Positions 12,241-24,476 are shown, numbered from the whole stretch's first letter. The stretch is 62,812 nt of DNA, filler included, from Globobulimina sp. (GCA_003354225.1; 36 parts of 36 records of this genome joined end to end with filler, not necessarily neighbours in it), one strand, 5' to 3'. The notes: generated from the letters alone by a model not told the origin. Translations and numbers: made by a program.

Positions 12241-13750
12241 TTTTCCATTAAATCATATGCTACTTATAGATTCTATTATTGGTGCACAGATACCACTGTA
12301 CCTGTATGATCTGGAATATAAATATATTTATACACAGATATATATATATATATATTACTCAAAATATCATTGGGTGATTCATATATCAAACACTTTACAG
12401 ACAAAGACTCTCCTAATAAAATATTGATTACAAATACAAATTTGTGCAACAATATTTTCAGTATTTAAACACACAGTTTTTTGTATCTGTGTAAAGTTGT
12501 TTGATATTTTGAAAATGATACATTTCTCAAACCTCTTACTTTCTCAAACCTCAATTTATAAAATTTCTCAAAATCCAGCAGATTTCTCTCAATTTATCAG
12601 ATTTCTCTCAGTAAATGTAGCCATTGTAAGACTGACATATACATGTCTTCCCCATTTATTTAATATATGTATATAAAATTGAACGATCATAAAGGCATAT
12701 TGATCATTCATTTCACAAGACACGTTTCTGCAATACAGAAATATACATTCATATCTCATTTACTTCGAATTAATTCCGTTCGATGAACAAAGAATCAATA
12801 TCAATGCTATGTATATATTGTATAGTCATATTAGAACATAAATATTTGGTTTATAACACATTCCACAAGGCCGGAGTCAATGTATAATCATGCAGAGCAA
12901 ACAAATTTTGAGACGCAATTTAAAACAGGAGACGTTGTTATCAATATAATGAGGATATTAATAATAAATACACACACAATAATAATAATAATAATAATAA
13001 AATACACACACAATATACAAAGGGAATAATAGTGGTAATAGCATACGCAATTTGCATAATGATATGGCTAATGACAGTGATGTGTTTGAGTAGTTGAGTT
13101 TTGTTGCGATTGAGTTTAATTTGAATGTTATTGGATGCATATAGCTACTTGTTTGGATGGATTTTAATGCATATGGATGTTGTGTCTATACATAAGGATG
13201 TTGTATCGATGTCCTGCAACATTTACTAATCAAAGGAACAAGAAAATTTACATATACTGTAACTTGGTGAGGAATTATACAAAAATGCTCAGAAAGTATA
13301 CACATATCAATGATATGATTGACCTTCTCCAATGTGATATTAGCATCGTACAATTGTTAAATGCTCATTTATAAACGATCTGCAATATAATATAGCATAT
13401 TTGTTCTTTTTTGTCGTATTGAGTGCTTCAAAACGCGATGTCTGAAAATGAGAGAAAATTACAACTGTGTCACATCAGCCATGGTTCTTTATATCATGGT
13501 TATCAGGCATTACACTCATGTGTCAGTCATGGTTATCATTATATCATTTCCATAGTTCATACTGCCATCAATTAATTTTATTGAGAATAGTATTTGTCAT
13601 ATTTGATTGTGATATTCATACAGAGATTTGACAAATTTGAATCTGGTATGAATCTGTGCATAAATATATTTATATTCCAGATCATACAGGTACAGTGGTA
13701 TCTGTGCACCAATAATAGAATCTATAAGTAGCATATGATTTAATGGAAAA
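12241..13750. mobile_element. Non-coding element bounded by ~90-bp perfect inverted repeats (putative non-autonomous DNA transposon)
   Basis: 12241-12331 is the exact reverse complement of 13660-13750; weaker similarity continues inward; no credible ORF inside. Confidence 0.55.
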
Positions 13751-14329
13751 ATATTAAATATCGAGATTAATCAATTGTAGGGTCAAAATCATGCTCTGAC
13801 AGGATTTCAACAACCGGTGACGCTAAATGACAATTTCTATTTTCAACAAAAAACTTTGAGGTACAATTTCTATTTTTTAATTTAATTTNNNNNNNNNNNN
13901 NNNNNNNNNNNNNNNNNNNNNNNNNNNNNNNNTTAATTAATTAANNNNNNNNNNNNNNNNNNNNNNNNNNNNNNNNNNNNNNNNNNNNTTTCATTTGAGA
14001 ATAATGAAGGAAAAAAAATTAAAACCGTTCATAGGGGCATCAATCACATTGATCCACCAATTGGTCTTGTTGTAGAACGTTTCAAGTAATATAAAATCAC
14101 AAACCAAACCAATCTTGTATTTTTGTATTATATTTTAATAAACCTAGGTGTGTCAGAGACCCTTGAACCCTTGAGAAGAAGGTGCGGCAGCGGGGCCGCC
14201 GCACAACCCCCTCACCAGAATAATTCCATGAAAAATGAGAATAATCCATGAAAATGAAAATAAACCATGAAAAATGAGAATAACGTAAATTTTTACTTTA
14301 ATAATTTTTTGTATTACATCATTACTGCA

Positions 14330-14656
14330 TAAATTTGATCATACTTATCTTAAGGGAAATGTGCACTTTTTACACGCAAAATTATGCCCTGTTTTTTACC
14401 CTAAGGGAAAGGTACACTTTTTGCACGCAACCTATGCCTGAGTTATCCTAAGGCAAAGGTGCATTTTTTTACACGCAACTTTATGCCCTAGTTATCCTAT
14501 TAAAGTGAAATGTGCACTTTTTACACGCAACTTTATTCCCGAGTTATCCCAAAATATACTCGACCAAACCACCTTTGGCTAACTAGGGCATATTTTTGCG
14601 TGTAAAAAACACACACATTCCCTTAGGGAAAATCAAATAATGTATGACCAAATTTA
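14330..14656. repeat. Foldback/MITE-like element with internal ~50-bp tandem units and imperfect inverted ends
   Basis: Repeated taagggaaa..tgcactttt..cacgcaa..tatgccc units; last unit inverted (gggcata..gcgtgtaaaaa..cccttagg); ends aaatttgatcatac / gtatgaccaaattt. Confidence 0.6.
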
Positions 14657-14687
14657 CCTGAAAAACCCTCTCCTAGTCATACCTGAA

Positions 14688-14960
14688 ATTGAATTAAATT
14701 GAGCGGATTGGATTGAATTGCAATTGGTTGGATTGAGAGGATTGAGAGGATAGATTGGATAAAAAAATAGAATTGGATGATAAAAATGCAAATGCCCTCA
14801 TCACAAACAACACAAAATGAAAAACAAATGCCATCATTTTTATCATCAAAACCATCACACATTTGCATTTTTATCATCCAATTCTATTTTTTTGTATCCA
14901 ATCTATCCTCTCAATCTAATCCAATTGCAATTCAATCCAATCCACTCAATTTAATTCAAT
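14688..14960. repeat. ~100-bp imperfect inverted repeat (MITE-like hairpin)
   Basis: 14688-14794 pairs with 14860-14960; the ORF track shows mirror peptides on both strands. Confidence 0.8.
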
Positions 14961-15736
14961 CCAACTAATATTTAATCCAATCCATATAAATCGTATGATG
15001 ACGTTGACCATGTCCATGTACACGGTCGTCATCATCATCATATCCATTCAAATTCAAAACATATTCGAATTCTTTCTTTTAGTACCTCTTATTACCACCA
15101 AATACATCCCATTTTTCATTCTCAAGGCTATTCAGCAACGATTTAGCAACTATTTAGTTAATATTTTAGAAACTATTTAGATTGCCCAGCCTCAGAAATT
15201 CGTGGTGATTATTTGAAAAAGAAAAGAAAGGTTTGTGGTGATATGATGAAAATAAATGATAGATTTGGTGGCAATGCACAGCCCAAACACAAAAAAAAAT
15301 GCTATTTAAAATGGGAAATTGTAGCAATCCACAGCCACAGCAACAACAACACAAAAAAAAGCAAAAGAAAAAATGATTTGGTGGCAATCCACAGCCACAA
15401 GAAAACAAATGAGATTTATAATGAGAGAGATATTTCATTTGTAGCATTAGCAATCAACAGCTACAAAAAAAGCACGCATATATTGATTTAAATGTGATTA
15501 AATTTAATTGAAGCAACGAAAAATTGAAAAAAGAAAAAAAGAAATTTGGAAAGAAAGGATTTGTGGTTTTGGATGACCACGGATTGAATGAAAAAATTGG
15601 GATTGAATGTCCATATCCGTACAAATAATGTGATATNNNNNNNNNNNNNNNNNNNNNNNNNNNNNNNNNNNNNNNNNNNNTTAATTAATTAANNNNNNNN
15701 NNNNNNNNNNNNNNNNNNNNNNNNNNNNNNNNNNNN

Positions 15737-17384
15737 TTGATATTGTTGGTGTTTCCCACTTTGAATCATTGACCGAAAAACATCTTTTCTTTTGCTTGGG
15801 AGTTTTTTAAATTGATTTGGAGTTTTTGTTGCTGGGATTGTAAAATCACCAGAATGTAAATTAATGTAATGTATCAGCAAAATACTGAAAAGCCATACTT
15901 TATATACATCATTCCAACCGGTAATAAGCACAAATATAATCAAAACAATTAAGACAATCGAACGAGCACAATATGATAATAGATTTATTTGAGTAAATTG
16001 ATTTATTTGAGTAAAAAATAAAATGCATATTAATGAAAGCTGAAAACATGATACAATTGTGATAGCTGTGTATATTGATAATCGATCATTACACAATGAC
16101 ATTGTGACAGATATAATCAAACCCAAATAAAAATAAATTATTAATATTAAAATCCAGTATTTATCTTTATAATTTCGTAGGGAGCTAATCAGAGCAAGAC
16201 ACCATAAAAAAGAGCATATTTCCAATTCAATGAAATAAAAATAATGATATGTATCGAGTGCATTTGAATTATTGTCAATATATTTATATGTGAATACAAA
16301 ATGAATGGCCATTGCCAGAAACGTACTGCATCCATTTAATAATAAATAGAAAATTAATTCTTTTCTTCCGTTTCTAATGCGGTTCACAACGGAGGTGAAT
16401 GAGGAGATGACTGAGAATATGTGATACAGAGGAAATGCACTGATTTGCCAGGCACAAACATGTCGTAAACAAACACCTTTTAATGAATGGCTTAAAGATC
16501 CGCAACAACAGCACCAATTATCAAATAAAAGGCAACATTTATCATGGAATTGATAACCACCTCCTGTATCACAACAATCTTCACAACAATCTTCACAACA
16601 ATCACAATCATCATCAGTTAAGGTTGAATGAACAAAACCTAGATGATGATGCCTAAGCATTGTTGATACATCTACCAAATTACAACAACTACAATCCCAA
16701 TCACAGTGACAACACTTGAAACAACAAAGGTCGTTACCACCGTTCCAACAGCCATAGCAACAGTACGTACAACAAAAACAGCATCCCTCGCAAATTTGAC
16801 CTATTGCATCAGTAGTAATTTTATAGAAAACTCCCGTAAATAACCATGAATTTACAAATATGCCACCGATCAATGTTAAAAGTATAATGCACCAATTCGA
16901 TAACAGTAATGACAGGAAACTGGCAATATTGTATTTGAACGAATTTATTCCATATTTGGCTGATAAATATTCTTCGACACACATTGAATGAATAAATGGG
17001 GTGACACCTTCTGGAAATATGCCATCCTCAATAACAATTATTTCGGCCACTGCCCAGCTAGTCACTATTCAGTGCACCGTTAATGGCTAATTTCAATTGC
17101 TCAGATTTCCGTTGTTCCAAATTAACAAAAGAACTCTCGCCGTTTTGTGTGTAAAACCAATTTATATTTTCTTTAAATACCTCACGATCAGATGCATCGC
17201 TTACTGTATATTCACTAAATGATGTATAAAATGAAGATAATACCCATTTATTTCCATACAAATCCTCATCAAACTCTGAAAATCTGGTTCCGCCCCAATA
17301 ACATACGCCAGCTTTCCCGTCATTAAAACCACAAAAAAAATCAGATGAAATATCTGTTAAAATACTACCTCTGCGGTTTCCATT
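15737..17384 (-). pseudogene. Multi-pass membrane protein with N-terminal lectin/LamG-like fragment and Cys-rich loop; interrupted by a 4-bp insertion at 17057-17060
   Basis: Open frame from the contig edge to LNSD*; removing TAGC gives LNSDWAVAEIIV in frame with the 458-aa ORF; many TM segments. Confidence 0.55.
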
Positions 17385-17484
17385 NNNNNNNNNNNNNNNN
17401 NNNNNNNNNNNNNNNNNNNNNNNNNNNNTTAATTAATTAANNNNNNNNNNNNNNNNNNNNNNNNNNNNNNNNNNNNNNNNNNNN

Positions 17485-18021
17485 GGATTCTAACATGGAT
17501 ATAGTGCCATTTAATCTATTTTTGATCAATTGAGCGCCGGAGGTGTTGATGGCCTCTTCTTCGTCTTTGGATAGTTTGGCAGCGCAGCTTTGACAAAAGC
17601 CATAGCCATTGTTGTGGAATTGGGTGGTTTTGCGCAATTCGCAGATATAGATCATGTCTTTGGGGTTGCGGTAGATCATGAAACACATATTGCAGCACAC
17701 AGAGGGTTCGTCGCTGTAGGATTCGCTTAATGTGACACGAATTAATGGTTTGCCACAGATACAAGACACGTCGTAGTTTATGTGGTGGTCGATTATGTTG
17801 TTAGTATTGCTGGGATTGTTGTTGTTTTCTATGGTGGCTATGGTGGTGGTTCGGGTTGTTTCTATGTTGGAGCTGTCGTCATGTATATGGTTATTCTGCA
17901 GGTTGGAGCTGTCGGTTCGGCCTAGAACTGGGCGTTTGGATAGAGAGGCGGATGAGGATTGTGAGGGTTTGTGATTGCTACGTCGTTTGTTGGATGCATT
18001 TGACAAATTATGCTTATTCAT
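17485..18021 (-). CDS. Hypothetical protein with Ser/Asn-rich N-terminus and Cys/His zinc-binding domain, 3'-partial
   Basis: CICGKPL..CCNMC..YIC..H..GYGFCQSC pattern. Confidence 0.55.
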
Positions 18022-18499
18022 TTTAGGTTAATAGTGTATATGCTATTGTTTAATTCAAAAAGAAGGCATGCTACTATGCAAGCTAAGCAATTTTTTAGAG
18101 TAAAAAGTTTTTTTTTGGATATTCATTGTTTTTTCTCTCATATTAACAGAGTCCAAGTCGACAGTGCATGCTGCATTGAATCATTTTTGTAACTAGATTT
18201 ATTGCATTGTAATTGGGCAATGAGCTCAAATCAAGGTACTTAGTAATATAATTTGTCGTCATTGACAACAATAATTCAAATACAACTCACAAGGACGGGA
18301 AAACCAAAGCAACACAGTCAACACACCCAACGGTGGTCAAAAAGATACAAATCAAGATAGCGGACAATCAGTTTCGTACATTTAACTATTGGATACAAAA
18401 TACCATATATGTGTTGCAATTATGTTACACATTGAAAAGTGGTTATTATAAATCTGAAATCAGAGTGTATGAATAATGAATAATACAAATACACACAGT

Positions 18500-19132
18500 C
18501 CCGAGCACCAAAAAGTGCAAATGCGAGTCGTGGAGGTGTTACAGTGAGACCATTACAGCGAGGTCGCGGAAGAGGTGGTTCAATGAGAGGCAGAGGGATA
18601 AGGGGAAGGGGAAGGGGAATAGGCAGAGGTAAGTACAACACATCATGGCATATAAAAACGTCATCTCTGACAAAAACGCTTTTTGACAAAACATAATAAA
18701 AACTTGCATATAGGTGGTAGAGGCAGAGGCAGAGGACATGATAATATGCAAAGTGGGCATGTAGCGAGTGGTGATGCAAGAAATTATTCAAACAATGAAA
18801 AGAGAGGTCGTGGTGGTGGCAGAGGGAGAGGGAGAGGGAGAGGGCGGGCTTCTAATAGTCGTGGATCTGGATCGCACTCAAGAGGTACCGCGAGGGTTTA
18901 TAATAGTCGCGGACATGGTGGGTATCGCGGGCGAGGCAGAGGCACAAACAGAGGGGTTAGAGGCGGGAGAGGTAGAGGTAGCAATGAAAGAGGAAGAGGA
19001 AGAGGCATACGGAATGATAGAGGTAGAGGTGGTGGAAGTAGAGGGAGAGGTGGTGGGGTCGCAAGGGATTATGTAATTATTGGCAAGGATCGAGGTGGTG
19101 GCGGTGGTAGAGGGAGAGGCGGAGATCGGGGT
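18500..19132 (+). CDS. Gly/Arg (RG/RGG)-rich protein, spliced, partial
   Basis: Dense GRGRG repeats either side of a GTAAGT..TAG intron (~18629-18713). Confidence 0.65.
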
Positions 19133-20339
19133 NNNNNNNNNNNNNNNNNNNNNNNNNNNNNNNNNNNNNNNNNNNNTTAATTAATTAANNNNNNNNNNNN
19201 NNNNNNNNNNNNNNNNNNNNNNNNNNNNNNNNATATTTTTCAAAGGTTTCCATATTCGTTTCTTTGTTCTGCCGCTGATGCCAGTCTTCCAACGAATGCC
19301 ACCTCGCACAGAAGACATTGTAACGTTTCAAATTTACACAAAAATAGTTTTTTTTACACGTCCAAAACAGTACTACAAACACTTACTTGGAGGCAATCAC
19401 AAAACAACAAACGTCGAATGCTTGCTACCAGTAATATCAGTATGTTCGGGATCCAACGTGATTTGATGCATTTCAGAATAATAAAATGCAACGTGATGCA
19501 TTCCAACGTGATTTGAATTTGATGCAAACGTACACTGGCTTTTTATTTAATAAATCGTGGAATTCGAGTTTGTAGAATGTGTATATTTGTATTGCAAATC
19601 AGAAACGTTTTTCATGCATATATACGAAGTTAATCCAAACTTCAATTTAAATATTGATATTTCTCATCAACTGTACATAAACTAACAAAATAGAAACATA
19701 CGCACGATCAACTCCATCAACACCCATTTCATATCCATTACGTGTATCTGTCTGCAAAGTGCAAACTGCATTAAATATATTTTTCTATCACAAATTTTAT
19801 CTTCAAATCAACTGTGTTATCCAAGCAATCATTGCTTAACCAATGGGATATGTGTTTAATGTCTGAGTTCACTTAAAAACAATCATCTTCACATAAAACG
19901 AAAATCAAATCAAAACAGGAATTTCAATCAAAACTTTTTTTGTCAAATAATTTGTATTCTTAACAATTCACAATTTGATTAATTTGATTATCTAAATACG
20001 GATATGTATACAATGAGTAGTTTCGCCATTGCGTTTTAATGAATTATGCATGATCTCTAAAACTCAAATTGGCTAACATTAATTGTATGATTCATTTGGC
20101 TGTATAATGAATTTCGACTTCGACTCGAATGCGTCCAGTTTATATCCTTTATTTTAATTTCCACACAATTATCAATATAAGATGTAGATGTTTCTGACTG
20201 TTTGTGTATGCATACTGTGATTCTAAACTGCATCAAAATTCATTCCAATGCATTTTTTGTTTTTATAAACAAATAATACATAGAACACCGAAGCATAGAA
20301 GTAACATTCAATAATGTTTCGAAACATATCACATTTGGA

Positions 20340-20880
20340 TTGATGGACGGCAAAGGAATTAATGGGATTAGTTTAGCCATTATCTCATTAGTTAATGGTG
20401 TATGCACTGCATTTAAGCCGCTTGAAGTCTGTGGTTATTTTAGTGGATGTTGGGTGATATCCACAGAAAAAACAAAAACAACGTACAACAAAAGACCTAT
20501 CCCTGTGAAAAATTTCACCGACATTATAAAAGCAACAAATGCCAAGAAATTCATAGTAACAATGGTGGATTCGAATGAATCAACAAATAATATGAATGTA
20601 AATAATTATATCGATGATCCACTCCCAAATGAATCCTTCGTTCCCACTATCGCCGCGCTACAAAACTGCCAAAGATATTGGACAACAACGTCATCTCCGA
20701 TATTGGACAAGGCGGTGATATATTTAAACATATTATCACCGAAACGGGAGGGAAGTAAATTGTATTATATGACGTCGTATTGGACATCAGATTCGTTATA
20801 TTTCTCTGACAAAATATTCATACTTATATCAGAGAAAATAGCTAATTCACCAGATCTAGTTCGAAATTATGTGTTGCTGA
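20340..20880 (+). CDS. Hypothetical protein, partial
   Basis: ~180-codon open frame to the contig end; no recognised domain. Confidence 0.35.
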
Positions 20881-20980
20881 NNNNNNNNNNNNNNNNNNNN
20901 NNNNNNNNNNNNNNNNNNNNNNNNTTAATTAATTAANNNNNNNNNNNNNNNNNNNNNNNNNNNNNNNNNNNNNNNNNNNN

Positions 20981-21200
20981 GTCAGCAATACCTTTTATTA
21001 CATCTAATACAGAGCCTATAGTCTCACTTTCACTTTCCACATCATTAATAATCGCAGATGAACTGGCGATATCTTTTGCTAACCCCTCAATCGCGTTGCC
21101 CGTTTCAATAACTCGCTGACTACCTAGGGTTGTTGCCGCTGCAGCACTATCGGCTTCGGTTGCTGTTTCACTGATACTACGGCTAATTGACTGTACAGTT
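20981..21200 (-). CDS. Internal fragment of a bacterial methyl-accepting chemotaxis protein signalling domain
   Basis: Manual translation TVQSISRSISETATEA...VESESETIGSVLDVIKGIAD, which in MCPs directly precedes QTNLLALNAAIEAARAG; absent from the ORF track. Confidence 0.85.
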
Positions 21201-21566
21201 TCATCTCCTGTGACACTTTAGAACATTCTTTTTTTGAAACTAAAGAGGAAGTGATCCCCATCTTCCGTGTGTGCGAGGATAATGTATACAGTACGTTTTC
21301 AAACGTATTCCTGTTTCAAATTATTCATGTTCTAAAGTATTATGCAAATAATGCAATATCTTCAAAACATTTGTCGTCTGTGAGGCGAGAACCGTTTCTC
21401 CGATTAAAAACATTAAAATTACATCTTCGATCAATCAAAACTTGGAGTGTCGCGGACTTAGGCATCACAAAAGTATCTACAAAAAACATGTAAAAAATGA
21501 AAGTTAATTAATTACTGCGGTAATGACAGGAATGATCCATCGAACAATAACACACGAAACAAATTT

Positions 21567-22216
21567 TTAAACTGTCAATAGATTAGGATGGATTTTTTTG
21601 TTATGTCGTGTTCGATTTGCTTTGGTGGTATAAGTCTTCTTACATTGCATGCAATGATACACTTTTTTATCCAGATTGTTATCGTGAGTTTGCAAATGTT
21701 TTCGCAAATAATGCTTTTTCGTATATGTCTTCTTACACTGTTCGCAATGATACAATTTTCTATCCACTTTATCATGAGTTTGCAAATGTTTTTGTAAATG
21801 ATGCTTTCTCGCAAATTTCTTATGACATAGTCGACAAAGAAACTGCTTTGGCTCCACTGAATGAATGTATTTGATATGGTTTTTAAGCGTAGATGGATCA
21901 CAGAATGATTTATCACAAAATTCGCATTTCTCTCTTCTGTCGTTGTTATGTGACCGGGAATGAACAATTAAATTCCTTTTATCTGCAAATCTTTTCTTGC
22001 AAATGATATTTCCAATAAGTGCTAAGCATTGAAATGGTTTCGAATGACTCCGTTTGTGCTTATTCAACGTTCGTAAGTCATAATAAATATTCTCACATCC
22101 AAAGCAATCACATTCGTACAACTTATCATCATTTTTGTTGTCATTATATTTCCTTTTATGATCAAATAATTTCTGCCGAGTTTCAAAAATGCCCAAACAT
22201 TCATGACAGACCTCAA
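21567..22216 (-). CDS. Multi-C2H2 zinc-finger protein (last exon; 5' end uncertain)
   Basis: At least six CxxC..F..L..H...H fingers (e.g. CEFCDKSFCDPSTLKNHIKYIH, CRLCHKKFARKHHLQKHLQTH). Confidence 0.9.
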
Positions 22217-22728
22217 CTATGTATGGTTATAAATTATTGTCATTGGAATGAGAAAAATAAAGAAAATTCTCAATAAAATGCACCTAACATTGATAACGGC
22301 ATTGTTCTCTATGGGTTTTAATGTTTGCCATGGTTTTGTATAATGGGTAACCACAAACACATAATGTGGTTTTCTCTTTTGTATTGCAGGTGTTTTTAGG
22401 AATTTTGGGGGTAATGAATGGGTGCTTTGCGTGACGGTGTTTGTGTGCATGTTCAAGCTGTCTCGGGCCAGGCTCGTATCCCTTGCATCCCGCCGGTGCT
22501 GCATCCCTCCAAACAAACAGACTCTTCTTCGGATGGCGAGGTATGACTGCTTCGAGAATTCACATGATTCCCACGAAGCGACGGCTGTTGGAGATGATAA
22601 TGGCTTGTACTTTTCATTGTGTGTGTATNNNNNNNNNNNNNNNNNNNNNNNNNNNNNNNNNNNNNNNNNNNNTTAATTAATTAANNNNNNNNNNNNNNNN
22701 NNNNNNNNNNNNNNNNNNNNNNNNNNNN

Positions 22729-22800
22729 AGTTTCGTTTCATTTCATTTCAACGATTGGCTAGGTTTTTGGTTAGCTAGAGTGGTTTTCAACCTAGTATTC
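22729..22800 (+). repeat. Dispersed 72-bp repeat, second copy at ~26020-26091
   Basis: agtttcgtttcatttcatttcaacgattggc(t/a)aggtttttggttagctagagtggttttcaacctagtattc found on two different contigs with one mismatch. Confidence 0.9.
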
Positions 22801-22803
22801 TTA

Positions 22804-24051
22804 ATGTCTTCAAACTGTCGGTACCATGGATCCATGAAAGGTTGTCGTAATGGCACAAATTGTTCGTTCAGTCATCATTATCCAAATTCCATTCAATTGT
22901 GTCGATTTTATAACCGTTGCAAGTATGGCAATGCCTGTAGATTTAGGCATTTTGTGTGGCCGCAAGCCTCTTCCAAATGGACCAAATCCAATTTAATCAC
23001 AAGTACAGAGAAAGAAAATGAACAGCAAACATGGATCACATTGAATACAGAGAAATTTAATGGATTTAATTTCAACCTCGCAAATCCAGTTTATTATCAT
23101 TCAATTGCTACAAAGAAAAAATATATAATATTCTCACCAAATTATTTCGATTATACGGGTTGTATTGAATATGATATTGATACCAATGAATACAATCAAT
23201 ATATAAAAATGCAATATCCATTCAACTGCATACCATTAGAACATGGAATGACTGTTTGTTTCAATAAATTGATGTATATATTTGCTGGATCAAAGAGAAT
23301 ATTTCAATGTTTGAACCTTGATAACGATCAATGGGATCATTATCATATTGTCGAATCTGTCAATGTTCCATCCAATTTTTTATACTCAAACTCTTGTTTT
23401 GTTCAATTTGATTCATTGAATCCATCAATACATGCAATTAATAATCAAAATCATTATCAATTGGATATAGAAAGGAAACTTTTTATAGATTTGACGGAAA
23501 ACTTCGATAAAATACATTTCAAAGGAGAATCATTACTGGTTTGGTCACAAAAAAGACAAATGTTATTTGTGTTGACTAATGGTAAAGAACTTTGGTCAAT
23601 GAATGCCAATAATGAATGGAAATTATGTTTGTTTCAACCACCAAACCATAGCAATAATACATTTTTGAGGTTTATGCTGATTTATGATGCAATATTAGTT
23701 ATATTCAGTGAAAATATAATATTTTGTTTAACATTGGATGAAGATGATAACAATACTAATACTAATTGGATCGAAATAGAATTTGAAATACCTGCTTCAA
23801 ACAACAAAATGTTACAATGTTATCATTTCATTGTGTTTGGAGATGATTATTTTTATTTTATGAACACATTTCCAACAATAAATAAAATGTTTCATTGTAG
23901 AATCTCAATATATAATTTATTAGAATATAATATTTTGCATAAACGACTTGATTTATTCATGCATGGATGGATTGGTAACTATTTATTAAAAACATATGCA
24001 TTGTCAATTCCTGATGCTATCCTCAAAATGATATTTTGCGTATTTTTTTGA
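22804..24051 (+). CDS. Tandem CCCH zinc-finger + Kelch-like beta-propeller protein with C-terminal box motif
   Basis: CRYHG..GCRNGTNCSFSH and CRFYNRCKYGNACRFRH; degenerate Kelch-like blades (YDIDTNEY, HGM..MYIFAG, NLDNDQW); ends LFMHGWIG..IPDAILKMIFCVFF. Confidence 0.75.
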   Translation: MSSNCRYHGSMKGCRNGTNCSFSHHYPNSIQLCRFYNRCKYGNACRFRHFVWPQASSKWTKSNLITSTEKENEQQTWITLNTEKFNGFNFNLANPVYYHSIATKKKYIIFSPNYFDYTGCIEYDIDTNEYNQYIKMQYPFNCIPLEHGMTVCFNKLMYIFAGSKRIFQCLNLDNDQWDHYHIVESVNVPSNFLYSNSCFVQFDSLNPSIHAINNQNHYQLDIERKLFIDLTENFDKIHFKGESLLVWSQKRQMLFVLTNGKELWSMNANNEWKLCLFQPPNHSNNTFLRFMLIYDAILVIFSENIIFCLTLDEDDNNTNTNWIEIEFEIPASNNKMLQCYHFIVFGDDYFYFMNTFPTINKMFHCRISIYNLLEYNILHKRLDLFMHGWIGNYLLKTYALSIPDAILKMIFCVFF

Positions 24052-24376
24052 TATTGAAACTAGATATTATTACATACTGTTTTCATATTAAGATTTTCCA
24101 AAGGGTTTACCTATTTGGATTCTGAATAATTGTAGAAATTGGAATAATTCTGACACTAAAAATACAAATACCACCTTTTTCCACCTTTTTTTCTGGATTT
24201 CGAAAATTATTCGAATTTCTACAATTATTCACAATCCAAATAGGTAAACCCTTTGGAAAATCGTAATATGAAAACAGTACGTAATAATATCTAGTTTCAA
24301 TATCAAAAAAATACGCAAAATATCATTTTGAGGATATCATCAGGAATTGACAATGCATATGTTTTTAATAAATAGT
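23978..24376. repeat. 172-bp inverted duplication (5 mismatches) including the 3' end of the CCCH gene
   Basis: 23978-24149 vs reverse complement of 24205-24376; 55-bp spacer. Confidence 0.95.
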
Positions 24377-24476
24377 NNNNNNNNNNNNNNNNNNNNNNNN
24401 NNNNNNNNNNNNNNNNNNNNTTAATTAATTAANNNNNNNNNNNNNNNNNNNNNNNNNNNNNNNNNNNNNNNNNNNN

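Noticed and set aside
14677-14968. Two similar ORFs on opposite strands
   Set aside because: By-product of the inverted repeat; no protein-like features
19233-20300. Possible RNA gene or regulatory element in a long non-coding stretch
   Set aside because: Only short local duplications (caacgtgat); no tRNA, rRNA or snRNA signature recognised
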